A stretch of 64,000 bases of DNA from an uncultured Phycisphaerales bacterium (GTDB taxonomy: Bacteria > Planctomycetota > Phycisphaerae > Tepidisphaerales > Tepidisphaeraceae): the NCBI GenBank assembly GCA_963755915.1, contig CAVWLP010000003.1, positions 544,001-608,000 on the forward strand. The letters are read 5' to 3'. The position numbers and the translations under genes were made by a program. Below are positions 11,005-21,939 of this stretch, piece after piece. Position 1 is the first letter of the stretch. Each line of letters begins with the position of its first letter. The notes beneath the pieces were generated by a model that saw only the letters and a list, made by a program, of their open reading frames with translations, did not search any database and had not been told where the DNA came from.

Positions 11005-11032
11005 AACATAAGCGATGGGGATTTCCTGTCAA
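11005..11032 (-). promoter_or_regulatory. Sigma70-type promoter of tRNA-Lys
   Basis: TTGACA-N16-TATGTT ending 8 nt before the tRNA 5' end. Confidence 0.55.
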
Positions 11033-11184
11033 GAAAGGAGCAATTGAGGGCGATGTGAGCCGGAATAGGGATTTTTCCGACTGGGAGCTGGGGGGTTTCT
11101 GATTGTAGAGCGCGAGGAGATTGCGGTAAAATTGTAGACTGGGCAAAAGGTGCGGGAACTGACTAATTCGCGAGGAATACAAAG

Positions 11185-14100
11185 ATGAGTGCAGCAAAGG
11201 GGTTGGGAAGATTGGTGGCCGCGGCTGCGATGACCGTGGCGGCCTGGACGTTTCCGGCGAAGGGGATGACGGTAACTTCCAACGGTACAGCGGGAACTGC
11301 GGGGAGCAACGGCGTGGGGGGACAGTCGGGAGAAAGCGGAGGGTCCGGCGGAAGTGCCACCGCCAGCGCGGTCAGCACGGATGCGTCCAATACAGCGACG
11401 GCGAACGCGGGCGCCGGAGGCGTCGGCGGAAACGCGGGAGCGGTTGGCGTGGGCGGGGTTGGTGGCGACGGAGGTTCGGCGACCGCGACGGCGGAGGGGA
11501 CCGAAACGTCGGCTGGGGCAGCGAGCGATTCGGCGACGGCCGTGGGGGGCAATGGAGGAGACGGCGGCGCCGGCACCGACGCATCGGGGGGAGCCGGAGG
11601 CGACGCCGGGACAGCTACGGCATCGGCAAGCGGATCAAGTTCAGGATCGCTTTCGCCGGTGACAATTTCCGCCTCCGCCACAGCCGGTAACGGCGGCAGC
11701 GCCGGCGCGGGAACAGTAAACACTACCGGCGCAGACGGGGGAGATGCGACGGTCCAGACACTCACTGGCTCTTCAACGTCAAACGGGTCGGTGATATTGA
11801 CCGGGACAGCGCAGGGCGGAAACGGCGGAAGCGGAACACAGGGTGGTAACGGAGGCCAGGGACTTATCAACAACAACTCCAATGTCTACGGAGTCACGAA
11901 TGGCGATCTGACTATCACCACGATGGGATTCGGCGGTAATGGGGGATCCGGCACGGCGGGCGGAGGACAGGGCGGCTGGCTCAATGGGGGGTTGAACATC
12001 GCTGGCATCGCGTCACCTGACGCGGTTTATACGTCCTCTCAAACCGGAGGAAATGGTGGAGCGTCGGTAAGCGGACAGGCGGGAGCGGGCGGCGCGGTGG
12101 TCAGTTCATGCGATGTTGGAGGCCAGTCCAACGGGTCAGTCACCGCCAGCGCATACGCAAATTATTACAGCGGAAATGGAGATGCCGCAGGGGGCGACAG
12201 CGATGGCACGGCGCTGGCGGCAGTCGGCGGAGCGGGTACCGCGATCGTTGAGGTTTACCTATATGGTCCCGCCGCCGATTCAAACGCCGCCGTATCAGCG
12301 AATGCCTACGCCTGCGGTGGTCCTGGTGGCAACGCCAACGTAACCGGCTCCGGCGGAAATGGAGCGGCCGCGAACTGCACCGTAGATGTCACGGATCCGG
12401 GCAGCGGCGCATTGAGCCTCTTGACGCACGAGACAGGTGGCAACGGAGGGGAGGGAAACGGAACTGGATACGCCGGTGGCCAGGGCGGCAGTACAGGCCA
12501 AGGCGGTGTGACGACCTATCCACAAAACGGAAGTGACAGCGTCTCGCTAACAGACGTTCAGTATGGAGGAAATGGCGGTGCGGGCGCAAACGGCGCAAAT
12601 GGAGGCGCCGGCGGAAGTACGGGCGCGAATACTGTTTATTTGCAAACTTTGGGACCCCTCACCATCATCCAGACCTCTTATGGCGGCAACGGAGGCTCCA
12701 GTATCGGAGGAGCGGGCGGCGCTGGTGGCGGCGCCGGCGGCGACAGCATCAACACCGGTAACGCCTATTCAATCGACATGACTTCAAGTGCCTTTGGCGG
12801 CTGCGGTGGTGCAACGAACTCCGGCCAGGCAGGAAGAGGCGGCGGAGTCTCCGACGGCTTCCAAATGAGCGTCAGCACCGCCGGATCCTGCAGCGTCACC
12901 CTCACGGCAAATGGTCCCGGGGGCATCTATGGTGCCGGAGGAAACAGCGCCAACGGTTCCGGTGGCGCTGGCGGAATTGCTATCGCGTCCGCCGCCAGTT
13001 CCAGCGCCTCAGGAAACGCCACCATCTCAACCACCAGTTATGGCGGCAACGGCGGCAATGGATCCGGAGCCGCAAATCAAGGCGGAAACGGTGGCGTGGC
13101 CAATTCAGTCTGCAGCGCCGCCTCCGGTGGAATCTCCTCTACCTGCACTGCCACCGCCGTCGCGGTCGGAGGCAATGGCGGCGCCGGCTCCGGCGCGGAT
13201 CCATCGGCGGCGCGGGCGGCGAAGCAAACGTATTTGCCGCTATCACGCCCGCCCCGGGCACCCCTGAAGCCGACACTGCCACAGCCACCGCCACGGGCGG
13301 CAACGGCGCAGCCCCCAACAATTCCGCCACCGCCGGTTTAGGCGGCACAGCCACCGCCACCGCTCAAACCACCGGCTGCACTGCCACTGAGTCTGTCGTC
13401 CCCAGCTCCACCACACAGCTAGGCGCAATCGCCTTCGCACAGCTCACACAGGCCCCCAGTGGAGTCCCCGCGGTAATTCTCGGCCCCGGCGGAGTGAACC
13501 CCGGAACCGCCAGCCTGATCGGCTCAGCCAGCATTGCCACCATCAGCGGAAACGGCACCCTCGCCGTCGGAAATCTCAATCAGAACGGCACCCTTCAGTT
13601 CAACCCCAATGCCGGACCCAGCGATCAGTCCGGCCTCACCGTCGGCCCGCATTCAGCCGCAGACCTGACCAACAACGAATTCTTCATCAACTACGACATC
13701 GGATCCGATCCGATCGCCACGATCGCCGCTTACATTCGCTCAGGATACAACCACGGCGCCTGGAATGGCCCGGGAATTATCTCCTCCACCGCACGAACAC
13801 CAACGAACGGTCTTTATTACGGCCTCGGCTATGCAGACGGAGCCGACGGCGTCGTCGCCGACCTCTTCACCGGCCAGATCGAAATCAAGTACACGCTCCT
13901 CGGCGATGCGAATCTTGACGGGGTTGTAAATGGGTCAGATTTCAGCATCCTCGCGGCGAATTTCGGTGAGGGCGTCAGCGGATGGGACAAAGGGGATTTT
14001 AATTATGACGGAGTGGTCAACGGAACCGATTTCTCCGCGCTGGCCGCGAATTTCGGTCTGTCGGCGAGCGGCGCGGCCGTCAGCGTTTCGCCGGCAGACG

Positions 14101-14237
14101 TCGCGGCGCTCGAAGCGTTTGCCAAGGCGAATGGATTGGCGGCGCCAGATTTGACGAATGTTCCTGAACCCGCTGGCGGCGTGGCATGTCTGTCCTGGAT
14201 TGTCGCGGTTCTTCCGCGGCGCAGGCGGGTTAAATAA
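11185..14237 (+). CDS. Glycine-rich secreted protein with dockerin-like Ca-binding pair and PEP-CTERM anchor (about 1000 aa; frameshift near 13200)
   Basis: Signal peptide; GGxGGxGG repeats; shifted frame continues GSIGGAGGEANV... into GDANLDGVVNGSDF / GDFNYDGVVNGTDF and VPEP-TM-RRRR. Confidence 0.85.
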
Positions 14238-14262
14238 TTTTCCGGCGACGCGCAGGGTTTCT

Positions 14263-16232
14263 CTACTGGTTTTTCTGCTCCAGCGACACGTAATTCATCC
14301 GCGATTTCACCAGGTCCGCCGCGAACAGGCCGGATTCCAGCGGCAACTGGGCGTCCTGGTGCAGGGTGGCAATGACCCGGGCGTTTCGTAGGCCTTGTAG
14401 TCGGGGTCGTCTTTCCAGACGGGCGTGGCGGTTTCGAGCTGGAGGACGGCGACGGTGCTGTTGGCGTAGAGGTTGGCCAGAGTCTGCCGGTGGCCGCTGG
14501 GGGATTCGGGGGTGGTGAGGAGGTGCTGGGCGGAGTTGGCTAGGGCGACGACGGAATCGGCCTTGAGCTGAAGCGGCGGAATCTCGCGCTGAGATTGGCC
14601 ACTGGTGATTCCGTAGGGATTAAAGGGATCGGTGGTGAGCAGAACGGCATGGGCGTCCTGGGCGGCTTTGTCAAGGCCAACCTGCCCCGCGGCGGCGAGG
14701 AGGGATTTGGCGGCATCCTGCGCCTTCGCGTAAGCGGCGGCGAGCTTCCAGTCGGCGATGACCTCGTCCTTAACGGCCGCGAGAGGAGGAAGATGCGAGG
14801 CGTCGCTGCCGGTGATGCGGAAGAAGTAGACGTTGTTGGCGTTGTCGGTGAGTTTGTTGGAAGGCTGCCACTGGACGATGGCCAGGGAGCCGAGCGAAGA
14901 ATTTTTGAGGGTGGAGGAGATCCAGGGTTGATACAACTCGGCGGCGTAATTGGCGAAGGGGAGAGTCGGCTGGGTCCCGATGACGGCGGATCGGCCGATG
15001 CCGGGGATTTGGTAGAGATCGGTTTCGGTGCTGAGCTGCTGGATGTTTCCGAGGATGGGGGTGAGGCCGTACTTGGCGTGCATGGAATCGGCGACGGAGG
15101 TGAGGAAGCCGTAGGTGAGGTACTCGGCGGCGGGCCCGGAGGTGGGGTTGGCGGCGCCGCCGGCGGTGGCGTCGCGATAAGTTCCAAAGCCGGCGGAGAG
15201 CTTCTGGCTCATGTCGTTGACGGCGGATTGCATGAGCGCGTCGGTGGCGTCGGTGTAAAGCTTGTCTAGAACGAGCGGGGCATGGAGGGCGAAGTCCTGG
15301 CCGACGTCATCGAGCTTCTGGGGAACCGACTGCTGCGCGGCGCTTGATGGCTGCGTCGCGGGGAGGGGTTTGGAGTCGTAGTCGTCGCGGTTGGCCTTGA
15401 ATTCACCGAAGGCAGCGATGTACCAGTCTTCGGTGGATTTGGAGGCGCGAGCAGTCTGGGCGACGTCGGCGTAGCTGAGGCCGATGTATTGCAGGGTGAG
15501 GCGATTGGGCGTTTTGTAGCCGAAGCCGAGCGGGTCATCAGCAGCGCCGAATTGTCCGTGTCCCTCGACGGCGGCGACGCGATCGCTATAGGCGTCATAC
15601 TGCTGCTGGATCTGCTGGTCGGTGGGCTCGGTAATCGAGGTCATGAACTGCGAGACGACGATGGGGGCAACCTTAAGCGTGAGATCCTGCCCGCTGAGGG
15701 CGAGCTGGTATTCGCGATAGGGGCGGGTGATTTTGATGGAGCCGTCGTCGAGATCGGCCATTCGGCGGATCTCCATCGCGTGCAGTACGGCTTCGGGAAG
15801 TTGGGGAGAATCGTTCGGGGTGGCGTTGTTGGCGAGAACGGAGTTGAGTTCTTCGGGCGTGACGACGATGCCGCGCCGCTCGGCTTCTTTCCAGAGGAGG
15901 AAGAAGAGGGGGATGCCGTTGTTGCCGGACTGGGCTTTTTGGATCTGGTCCGCGATCAGGATGCCGGGATAGACCGAGATGAACCTGCGGGCCTCGGAAT
16001 CGGGATCTCGGGGATCGATGTACGCGGTTTGCATGAGCAGTTGCCATTCGGCGGTGGCATTATTCACTTGCAACTGGGTGACTTTTTCGCCGTTGATAGT
16101 GGCGACCGTGCGAAGGAGCTGCGCGGACTGCTGGCTTCCCTGCGGAGCGAGGTTGCCGAGGAACATGACCATGAGAATGATTCCCAGAACTACGCCGACG
16201 ACTTTCTGGTTTTTGCGGATGATTTTGATCAT
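14263..16232 (-). CDS. Membrane-anchored periplasmic protein, possibly SurA/PpiD-like chaperone (frameshift near 14380)
   Basis: N-terminal IRKNQK + TM, VATINGEKVT, PPLAAVKDEVIADWK; host-like codon bias; shifted frame ends ...SRMNYVSLEQKNQ*. Confidence 0.55.
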
Positions 16233-16260
16233 TAAGCGGAGCCTTTAACGGTTTTGATTT

Positions 16261-17370
16261 TTAATCCGGCTGCACACCCGCGGACTCGAGCCGCGAGATT
16301 CGGTCCGCCGCCTGGTCGGCAGCGGGGGTGCCGGGGAATTGTTTCTGGATGCTTTGATACATGCGAAGGGCTTTGCCGCCCGCATTGAGATGATCCTCTA
16401 AAATCGACGCCGTGGCGAGCAGGGAGTCGGCAATGTGGGGCGCATTCGGGGCGTCCTTGAAATCGGCGACGATGCGCATGTAGGCGATGGCGGCGTCTTT
16501 CCAGGCGTCCGGATCGTTTTTTGCTTCGGCCTGTCCCTGGCGGGATTGGGCGAGGATATAGAGGGCCTCCGACTGGCGCTTGGGATCTAAGAAGACATTG
16601 CCGGAGGTGGTGATGATGGAGGCGGCCTGGTCGTAGTTGTTTTGGGACAGCGCGGACTGGGCAAGCGTGAGCTTGGCGTCGGCAAGGGCGAGGGAGGCGT
16701 CATTGGCGATGGGGTTTGGCGTTGAGCCGGTGAGTTTCGCGAGACGCGCGGCGACGGAGGCGATGTCGGCGGCATTGTTGCGGGAGCGGTCGACGTCCAG
16801 CAGAAGGGAGAGAATGGCCTGCTGCTGCTGGGTGGAGAGATTGGGGTAGTCGGCGGCGTCGTTGAGGGATTGGGCGGCGGCGTCGAGGTAGCCGGAATCG
16901 GGGCCGGGTGCCGCGGGGCGATGGGCGGCGGCGATCGAGGTTTGATTCATTACCAGATTTATGTAGCCCTGAACGGCCTTGTCGAAGCGGCCGGATTTGC
17001 CCGCGGCGTCGGTGAAAAGCGGCTCGCAGTAGGTTTTGAGCCAGGGTCTGGCGGTTTTCTGGATGGTCTGATCGAATTCGTCGGTGGCGTCGGCGAACTT
17101 TTGGGCGGCCATGTCCTGCATGGCCTGGTTGAACCCAGGTTCGTCGTCGATGTCCATGGCCACGACCGAGTCGAGGGCTTTGTCGACTTCGTTGCCGGAG
17201 GCGGTGGTAAAGACGACCCGACCCTGCGCAATGTTGGTGACCTGGACATCGCTATAGACGGTGGGAGCGGAATCCTGCGGTGCGTCGGGGCGGCGGATGG
17301 CGATGGTGTCGGCGCGCGCGAAAGATGCGGAGGCGGCCAGAAAGAGGGTTGCGAATGCGCGGCGATTCAT
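16261..17370 (-). CDS. Secreted TPR-repeat protein (YbgF/BamD-like)
   Basis: Signal peptide; helical repeats (EALYILAQSR, AAIAYMRIV, FPGTPAADQA). Confidence 0.7.
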   Translation of the reverse strand: MNRRAFATLFLAASASFARADTIAIRRPDAPQDSAPTVYSDVQVTNIAQGRVVFTTASGNEVDKALDSVVAMDIDDEPGFNQAMQDMAAQKFADATDEFDQTIQKTARPWLKTYCEPLFTDAAGKSGRFDKAVQGYINLVMNQTSIAAAHRPAAPGPDSGYLDAAAQSLNDAADYPNLSTQQQQAILSLLLDVDRSRNNAADIASVAARLAKLTGSTPNPIANDASLALADAKLTLAQSALSQNNYDQAASIITTSGNVFLDPKRQSEALYILAQSRQGQAEAKNDPDAWKDAAIAYMRIVADFKDAPNAPHIADSLLATASILEDHLNAGGKALRMYQSIQKQFPGTPAADQAADRISRLESAGVQPD

Positions 17371-17386
17371 ACCACGGGAAATTGTA

Positions 17387-17468
17387 TGCAGGAGAGGGGA
17401 GTCGAACCCCTACACCTTTCGGTACAGGATCCTAAGTCCTGCGCGTCTGCCAATTCCGCCACTCCTGC
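17387..17468 (-). tRNA. tRNA-Leu(TAG)
   Basis: GCAGGAGTGGCGGAATTGGCAGACGCGCAGGACT-TAG-GATCCTGTACCGAAAGGTGTAGGGGTTCGACTCCCCTCTCCTGCA, long variable arm. Confidence 0.97.
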
Positions 17469-17599
17469 GTGTGGGCGGTCTTGCGGGATTAGAACGGTTT
17501 GGGGGAGCGAGGGGAAGGCCCCACGGCGGCGCGGTTCGACCAAGCTCACCGAAGTCGGTGGGCGTTCCCGTTCAGCGAAGCGACGGTGAATTCAGGGCG

Positions 17600-17640
17600 A
17601 AAAAAAAGGTCCCGGCTCTCACCCACTGGGAGCCGGGACC
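17600..17640 (-). terminator. Intrinsic terminator (minus strand)
   Basis: GGTCCCGGCTC-loop-GAGCCGGGACC followed by a T-run on the minus strand. Confidence 0.75.
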
Positions 17641-17930
17641 GAAACAAAATAGCGTCTGGCGAGCCGCCTGATCTGTGAATCGCGCCCTCCCGCGAAACCT
17701 CCCATCCTTACCCCGTCAGTGCGGAACAGTATGTAGTTTAGGTATGTTAAAATTCAATCACCAAAATTACCCATTTGTCCCATAAAAACCCCATTTTGAA
17801 AGATTTTTGGGGTGCTGCTCATAAAAACCGAATGAAAATGTTAAGATGGGAAGAGAATCTGCTCTATATGGTCGAGACCGGTTTTTGGAACTTGGAGGGC
17901 TGGATTTTATCCAAATTACCGCGGTTTTGC

Positions 17931-18353
17931 TTATTTCTGCGGCTGGGGGGGGACGTATTCGAAGGTTGCGCCTGGAAAGGCGGCAATGTTGATCATCTCG
18001 CCGACCTTAACCGGGCCATCCGAGAGATCGACGGCGTCGTCGCTTTGAGGGAGGTCGACGGAGATTGGGGTGCCGGCACGGATGACCACCTGGCGATCGT
18101 CGACGTGAAGGGCTCGGCCCTGGAGGGTTTTGGGGGGGCCGAAGATGGGGGAGATAAACCCCCCACCGCTGGGGACGGTGTAAACCTTTCGCGCCTTGGC
18201 TCGAATGCGGGCTTCGATGAATTCATTCAGCGGGCCGTCGTAGGGACGGGAGATTTGCAGATAGAGCTTATATGTCGTGTCGGCGGGGTTGAAGATGACG
18301 AGGGAATCCCTGGCTTCGAGAACTTTTCCGCGAGCGAGAAAACCGTTTGACAT
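17931..18353 (-). CDS. Hypothetical protein
   Basis: 140-aa ORF with host-like codon usage, divergent from the liv operon. Confidence 0.6.
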   Translation of the reverse strand: MSNGFLARGKVLEARDSLVIFNPADTTYKLYLQISRPYDGPLNEFIEARIRAKARKVYTVPSGGGFISPIFGPPKTLQGRALHVDDRQVVIRAGTPISVDLPQSDDAVDLSDGPVKVGEMINIAAFPGATFEYVPPQPQK

Positions 18354-18419
18354 GCGGGGAAATGTAACTTGAAGCGGTTGTCTTGTCATGGGGAGCAACG
18401 AAGACTAGATTTTGCGGAC

Positions 18420-19577
18420 ATGAAGAAAGTTGCCAGCGGTTTGAAGTCGCGTCTTTTGTCGGTGGTTGGTCTGGTTGTTGTTGGCGGGATCGGGCTGGTG
18501 GCGCGGGGGGATATTTTGATTGGCGAGTATGGGTCGCTCACGGGGGGCACGGCAACCTTTGGGACTTCTACGGATGAAGGGGTGAGGCTGGCGCTGGATC
18601 AGATCAATTCGTCCGGCGGAGTGCTGGGGCAGCAGATTCAGGTGGCGGTGGAGGACGATCAGTCGAAGCCGGAGGCTGCGGTAACGGCGGTGGAGAAACT
18701 CATTTCCGAAGATCATGTCGTGGCGGTGATCGGCGAAGTGGCGTCCAGCCGGTCGCTGGCGGCGGCGCCGATCTGTCAGCGGAATCACGTGCCGATGCTA
18801 ACCCCGGCCAGCACGAATCCGAAGGTCACGGCGGTGGGGAATTTTATCTTCCGGGCGTGCTTCATCGATCCGTTTCAGGGGGCCGCGATGGCGAATTTCG
18901 CGATGAAGGACCCGCAGGGGCCGCAGGCCACGAAGTTTGCGATTCTCTACGATGTGAAGAATGATTACAGCGTGGGATTGAGGAAATTTTTTACCGATAC
19001 GGTGAAGGCCAATGGGGGCGAGATTGTCGCGGATGAGAGTTATGGGGAAGGGGACATCGACTTCAAGGCGCAATTGACGAATATCGAGCGGGCCAATCCG
19101 CAGGCGATTTATGTGCCGGGGTATTACACCGAGGTGGGCCTGATCTGCCGGCAGGCGCGGGATTTGGGGATCGCGGCTCCGCTGATGGGGGGAGATGGGT
19201 GGGACAGCGATAAGCTGTATGAGATCGGAAGGGATGCGGTGAACGGATGCTTTTTTACGAACCATTATTCGCAGGATGAGAACAGCCCGCGGGTGAAGGA
19301 TTTTGTCGCGAAGTTTCAGGCGAAATATAACCAGGTGCCGGACGCGATGGCGATCCTGGGATATGACGCGATGGGGATGATGGCCGATGCGATCAAGCGG
19401 GCGGGGAGCACGGACGGGCGGGCGATCCGCGATGCGCTGGCGCATACGAAAGATTATCCGGGGGCGAGCGGGGATATCACGATGGATGCGCATAGGAATG
19501 CGCAGAAGCCCATCGTGATTTTGAAGATTGAGAATGATAAGCCGCATTTCATTGGGACGGTGCAGCCGAATGGGTGA
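18420..19577 (+). CDS. livJ: Branched-chain amino acid ABC transporter substrate-binding protein
   Basis: IGEYGSLTGGTATFG, EDDQSKPE, FRACFIDPFQG, GGDGWDS motifs. Confidence 0.93.
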   Translation: MKKVASGLKSRLLSVVGLVVVGGIGLVARGDILIGEYGSLTGGTATFGTSTDEGVRLALDQINSSGGVLGQQIQVAVEDDQSKPEAAVTAVEKLISEDHVVAVIGEVASSRSLAAAPICQRNHVPMLTPASTNPKVTAVGNFIFRACFIDPFQGAAMANFAMKDPQGPQATKFAILYDVKNDYSVGLRKFFTDTVKANGGEIVADESYGEGDIDFKAQLTNIERANPQAIYVPGYYTEVGLICRQARDLGIAAPLMGGDGWDSDKLYEIGRDAVNGCFFTNHYSQDENSPRVKDFVAKFQAKYNQVPDAMAILGYDAMGMMADAIKRAGSTDGRAIRDALAHTKDYPGASGDITMDAHRNAQKPIVILKIENDKPHFIGTVQPNG

Positions 19578-19592
19578 TTGAGCGCGTCTTTT

Positions 19593-20528
19593 ATGCCGCA
19601 GTTTCAACAATTCATTCAGCAACTTATCAATGGGCTGTCGATCGGGGCGATCTATGCCCTGATCGCGGTCGGATACACCATGGTGTATGGCGTGCTGCGG
19701 CTGATCAATTTCGCGCACGGCGATGTCTACATGGTCGGCGCGATGACGGGGTTTTATGCGGCGACTCGGTGGTTTCATTTAGCGGTGCCGGCGTGGCTGG
19801 GATTTTTTTTGGTGCTGATGACGGCCATGGCCGTGTGCGGGGTGCTGGGGTTTTTTATTGAGCTGTTTGCCTATCGGCCGCTGCGGGATCAGCCGCGGAT
19901 TGTCTCGCTGATTACTGCGATCGCGGTGTCGATGCTGCTGGAATTTGGCGGGCAGGCGAAGTGGATGTTTGGGCCGGACCCCAAGCCGTTTCCGGATCTG
20001 ATTCCGGGGGTGGAGGCGCGGCCGGATCTTGTTCACGTGGGGCAACTGGTGATCGGGAAAGTGGACGCAATGATTTTCCTCATCACGCTGCTGATGATGG
20101 TGGGCCTGCGCTGGGTGGTGAAGGAGACGAAAATGGGCTTGGCGCTGCGGGCCGTTTCCTATCGGTTCGATACGGCTTCGCTGATGGGGATTAACGTGAA
20201 CCGGGTGATCAGCTTTACGTTTGTACTTGGATCGGTGATGGCGGCGGTCGCGGGGGTGCTGGTGGGATTGAGGTCGCCGAAGGTGGATCCGCTGATGGGG
20301 CTGTTGCCCGGGCTGAAGGCGTTTATCGCGGCGGTGTTGGGAGGGATTGGGGATATCGGGGGCGCGGTGGCCGGGGGCCTGCTCCTGGGTGTGACGGAGG
20401 CGATGGTCGTCAGCTATTTTCCGGAGGGGTCGCAATATCGCGACGGCGTTGCGTTTCTGGTGTTGATCGCGATTCTGGTGATTAAGCCGTCGGGATTGTT
20501 CGGGCGAGCGACTCAGGAAAAAGTCTAA
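19593..20528 (+). CDS. livH: Branched-chain amino acid ABC transporter permease
   Basis: QQLINGLSIGAIYALIAVGYTMVYGVLRLINFAHG; KAFIAAVLGGIG. Confidence 0.95.
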   Translation: MPQFQQFIQQLINGLSIGAIYALIAVGYTMVYGVLRLINFAHGDVYMVGAMTGFYAATRWFHLAVPAWLGFFLVLMTAMAVCGVLGFFIELFAYRPLRDQPRIVSLITAIAVSMLLEFGGQAKWMFGPDPKPFPDLIPGVEARPDLVHVGQLVIGKVDAMIFLITLLMMVGLRWVVKETKMGLALRAVSYRFDTASLMGINVNRVISFTFVLGSVMAAVAGVLVGLRSPKVDPLMGLLPGLKAFIAAVLGGIGDIGGAVAGGLLLGVTEAMVVSYFPEGSQYRDGVAFLVLIAILVIKPSGLFGRATQEKV

Positions 20529-20529
20529 A

Positions 20530-21939
20530 TTGGCTAGCACCTCTCAACCATTGCCGCGCACGAAATCGTGGTGGCTTTCGCTGCTGCACAACTTGTGGAT
20601 TCCCGTCGTGCTCGGCGCGATTGTCTGGATCGGGCGCAAATTCGAATTTGCGGATCGTCCCGGCGAATACGTGATGAACGTGGCGATGTTCGCGGGGATC
20701 AACGTCATCCTCGCGGTAAGTTTGCAGTTGATCAATGGAATCAGCGGGCAGTTTTCGCTTGGACATGCCGGGTTTATGGCGGTGGGCGCATATCTGGGCG
20801 GATTTTCAACCTATATTTTCGGGCCGTGGGGTTATGACCCCAACGCAGATTATCCCGATCCGCGGCTGCTGTTTGCGAATCCCGGGGGGACTCTTTTGTT
20901 TTTCCTCGTGGCAGGACTGGTAACCGGTATCGCGGCGGGAGTTATAGCAGTGTTGTTTATATTGATTCGGCAGACACGAAAGATCTTTCCGGCGCTGCCC
21001 CTGATTTTGACGGCCGGTTTGCTGGTGTGGGTGGTGGTCGATGCGCGTAATGCGTCGCAGGCCCAGGTGATTCCGGCGGGTTGCATCTGGTCACGAGGAG
21101 CTGTGGGGCTGGTGAATATTTTCAGCGCCATGCTTCAGCATGGGCAGCCTGTCGGGGTTTGGATAAGCGGGCTTTTGCCGTTTGAATGGCGCAAGCCGGC
21201 GACGCTGGTGGTGGCGCTGATCGGCGGCGGGTGTGCGGCGGCCGCGGCGGCGCTGATCGTGGGCATTCCGACACTGCGCCTCCGGGGCGATTACCTCGCC
21301 ATCGCGACGCTGGGATTTGGCGAAATCATCCGCAACATCATCGTGACAATTCCTGCGCTGGGCGCGGCAACGGGAATGAGCGTGAACCCGTACTCGACCA
21401 AGCCGAGTGCGCCGGACCATATCTATGAGGCGTTTTATATGTCCCCGTGGATTTTCGGCACGGCCGCGTTCACGTTGATTTTCATCGGCCGCCTCGTCCA
21501 TTCGTCCAGGGGCAAGGCGATCAAAACGGTGAGAGACGATGAGATCGCCGCCGCAGCGATGGGGATCGATCCCACGCGGCAACGGCTTCTGGCGTTTGTC
21601 GTCGGAGCATTTTTCGCCGGGGTCGCGGGAGTGCTTTTTGTGCATTTCGATCAGTATTTAAACACCACCCAGTTTACGTTTATGCGTTCGATCGAGATTG
21701 TCGTCATGGTCACGCTGGGCGGAATGGAGAGCCTCGCGGGCGCGGCGATCGCCGCCGTCGGGCTCACAGCGCTGCCGGAGGTCCTCGACAACGCGGATCG
21801 AATTTTGCCCAAAAGCTTGCGGCCCGAGGCGCATTGGATGGCGGATAACCGGTTCTTTCTTTATGCCCTGCTCCTGCTGGTCATCATGATCGCCCGGGCG
21901 AAATTGAAGCGGGCGTTCGCAAAATCAGGGGAAAAATGA
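20530..21939 (+). CDS. livM: Branched-chain amino acid ABC transporter permease (longer than usual)
   Basis: GQFSLGHAGFMAVGAY, LRLRGDYLAIATLGFGEII, RDDEIAAAAMGID. Confidence 0.92.
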   Translation: MASTSQPLPRTKSWWLSLLHNLWIPVVLGAIVWIGRKFEFADRPGEYVMNVAMFAGINVILAVSLQLINGISGQFSLGHAGFMAVGAYLGGFSTYIFGPWGYDPNADYPDPRLLFANPGGTLLFFLVAGLVTGIAAGVIAVLFILIRQTRKIFPALPLILTAGLLVWVVVDARNASQAQVIPAGCIWSRGAVGLVNIFSAMLQHGQPVGVWISGLLPFEWRKPATLVVALIGGGCAAAAAALIVGIPTLRLRGDYLAIATLGFGEIIRNIIVTIPALGAATGMSVNPYSTKPSAPDHIYEAFYMSPWIFGTAAFTLIFIGRLVHSSRGKAIKTVRDDEIAAAAMGIDPTRQRLLAFVVGAFFAGVAGVLFVHFDQYLNTTQFTFMRSIEIVVMVTLGGMESLAGAAIAAVGLTALPEVLDNADRILPKSLRPEAHWMADNRFFLYALLLLVIMIARAKLKRAFAKSGEK

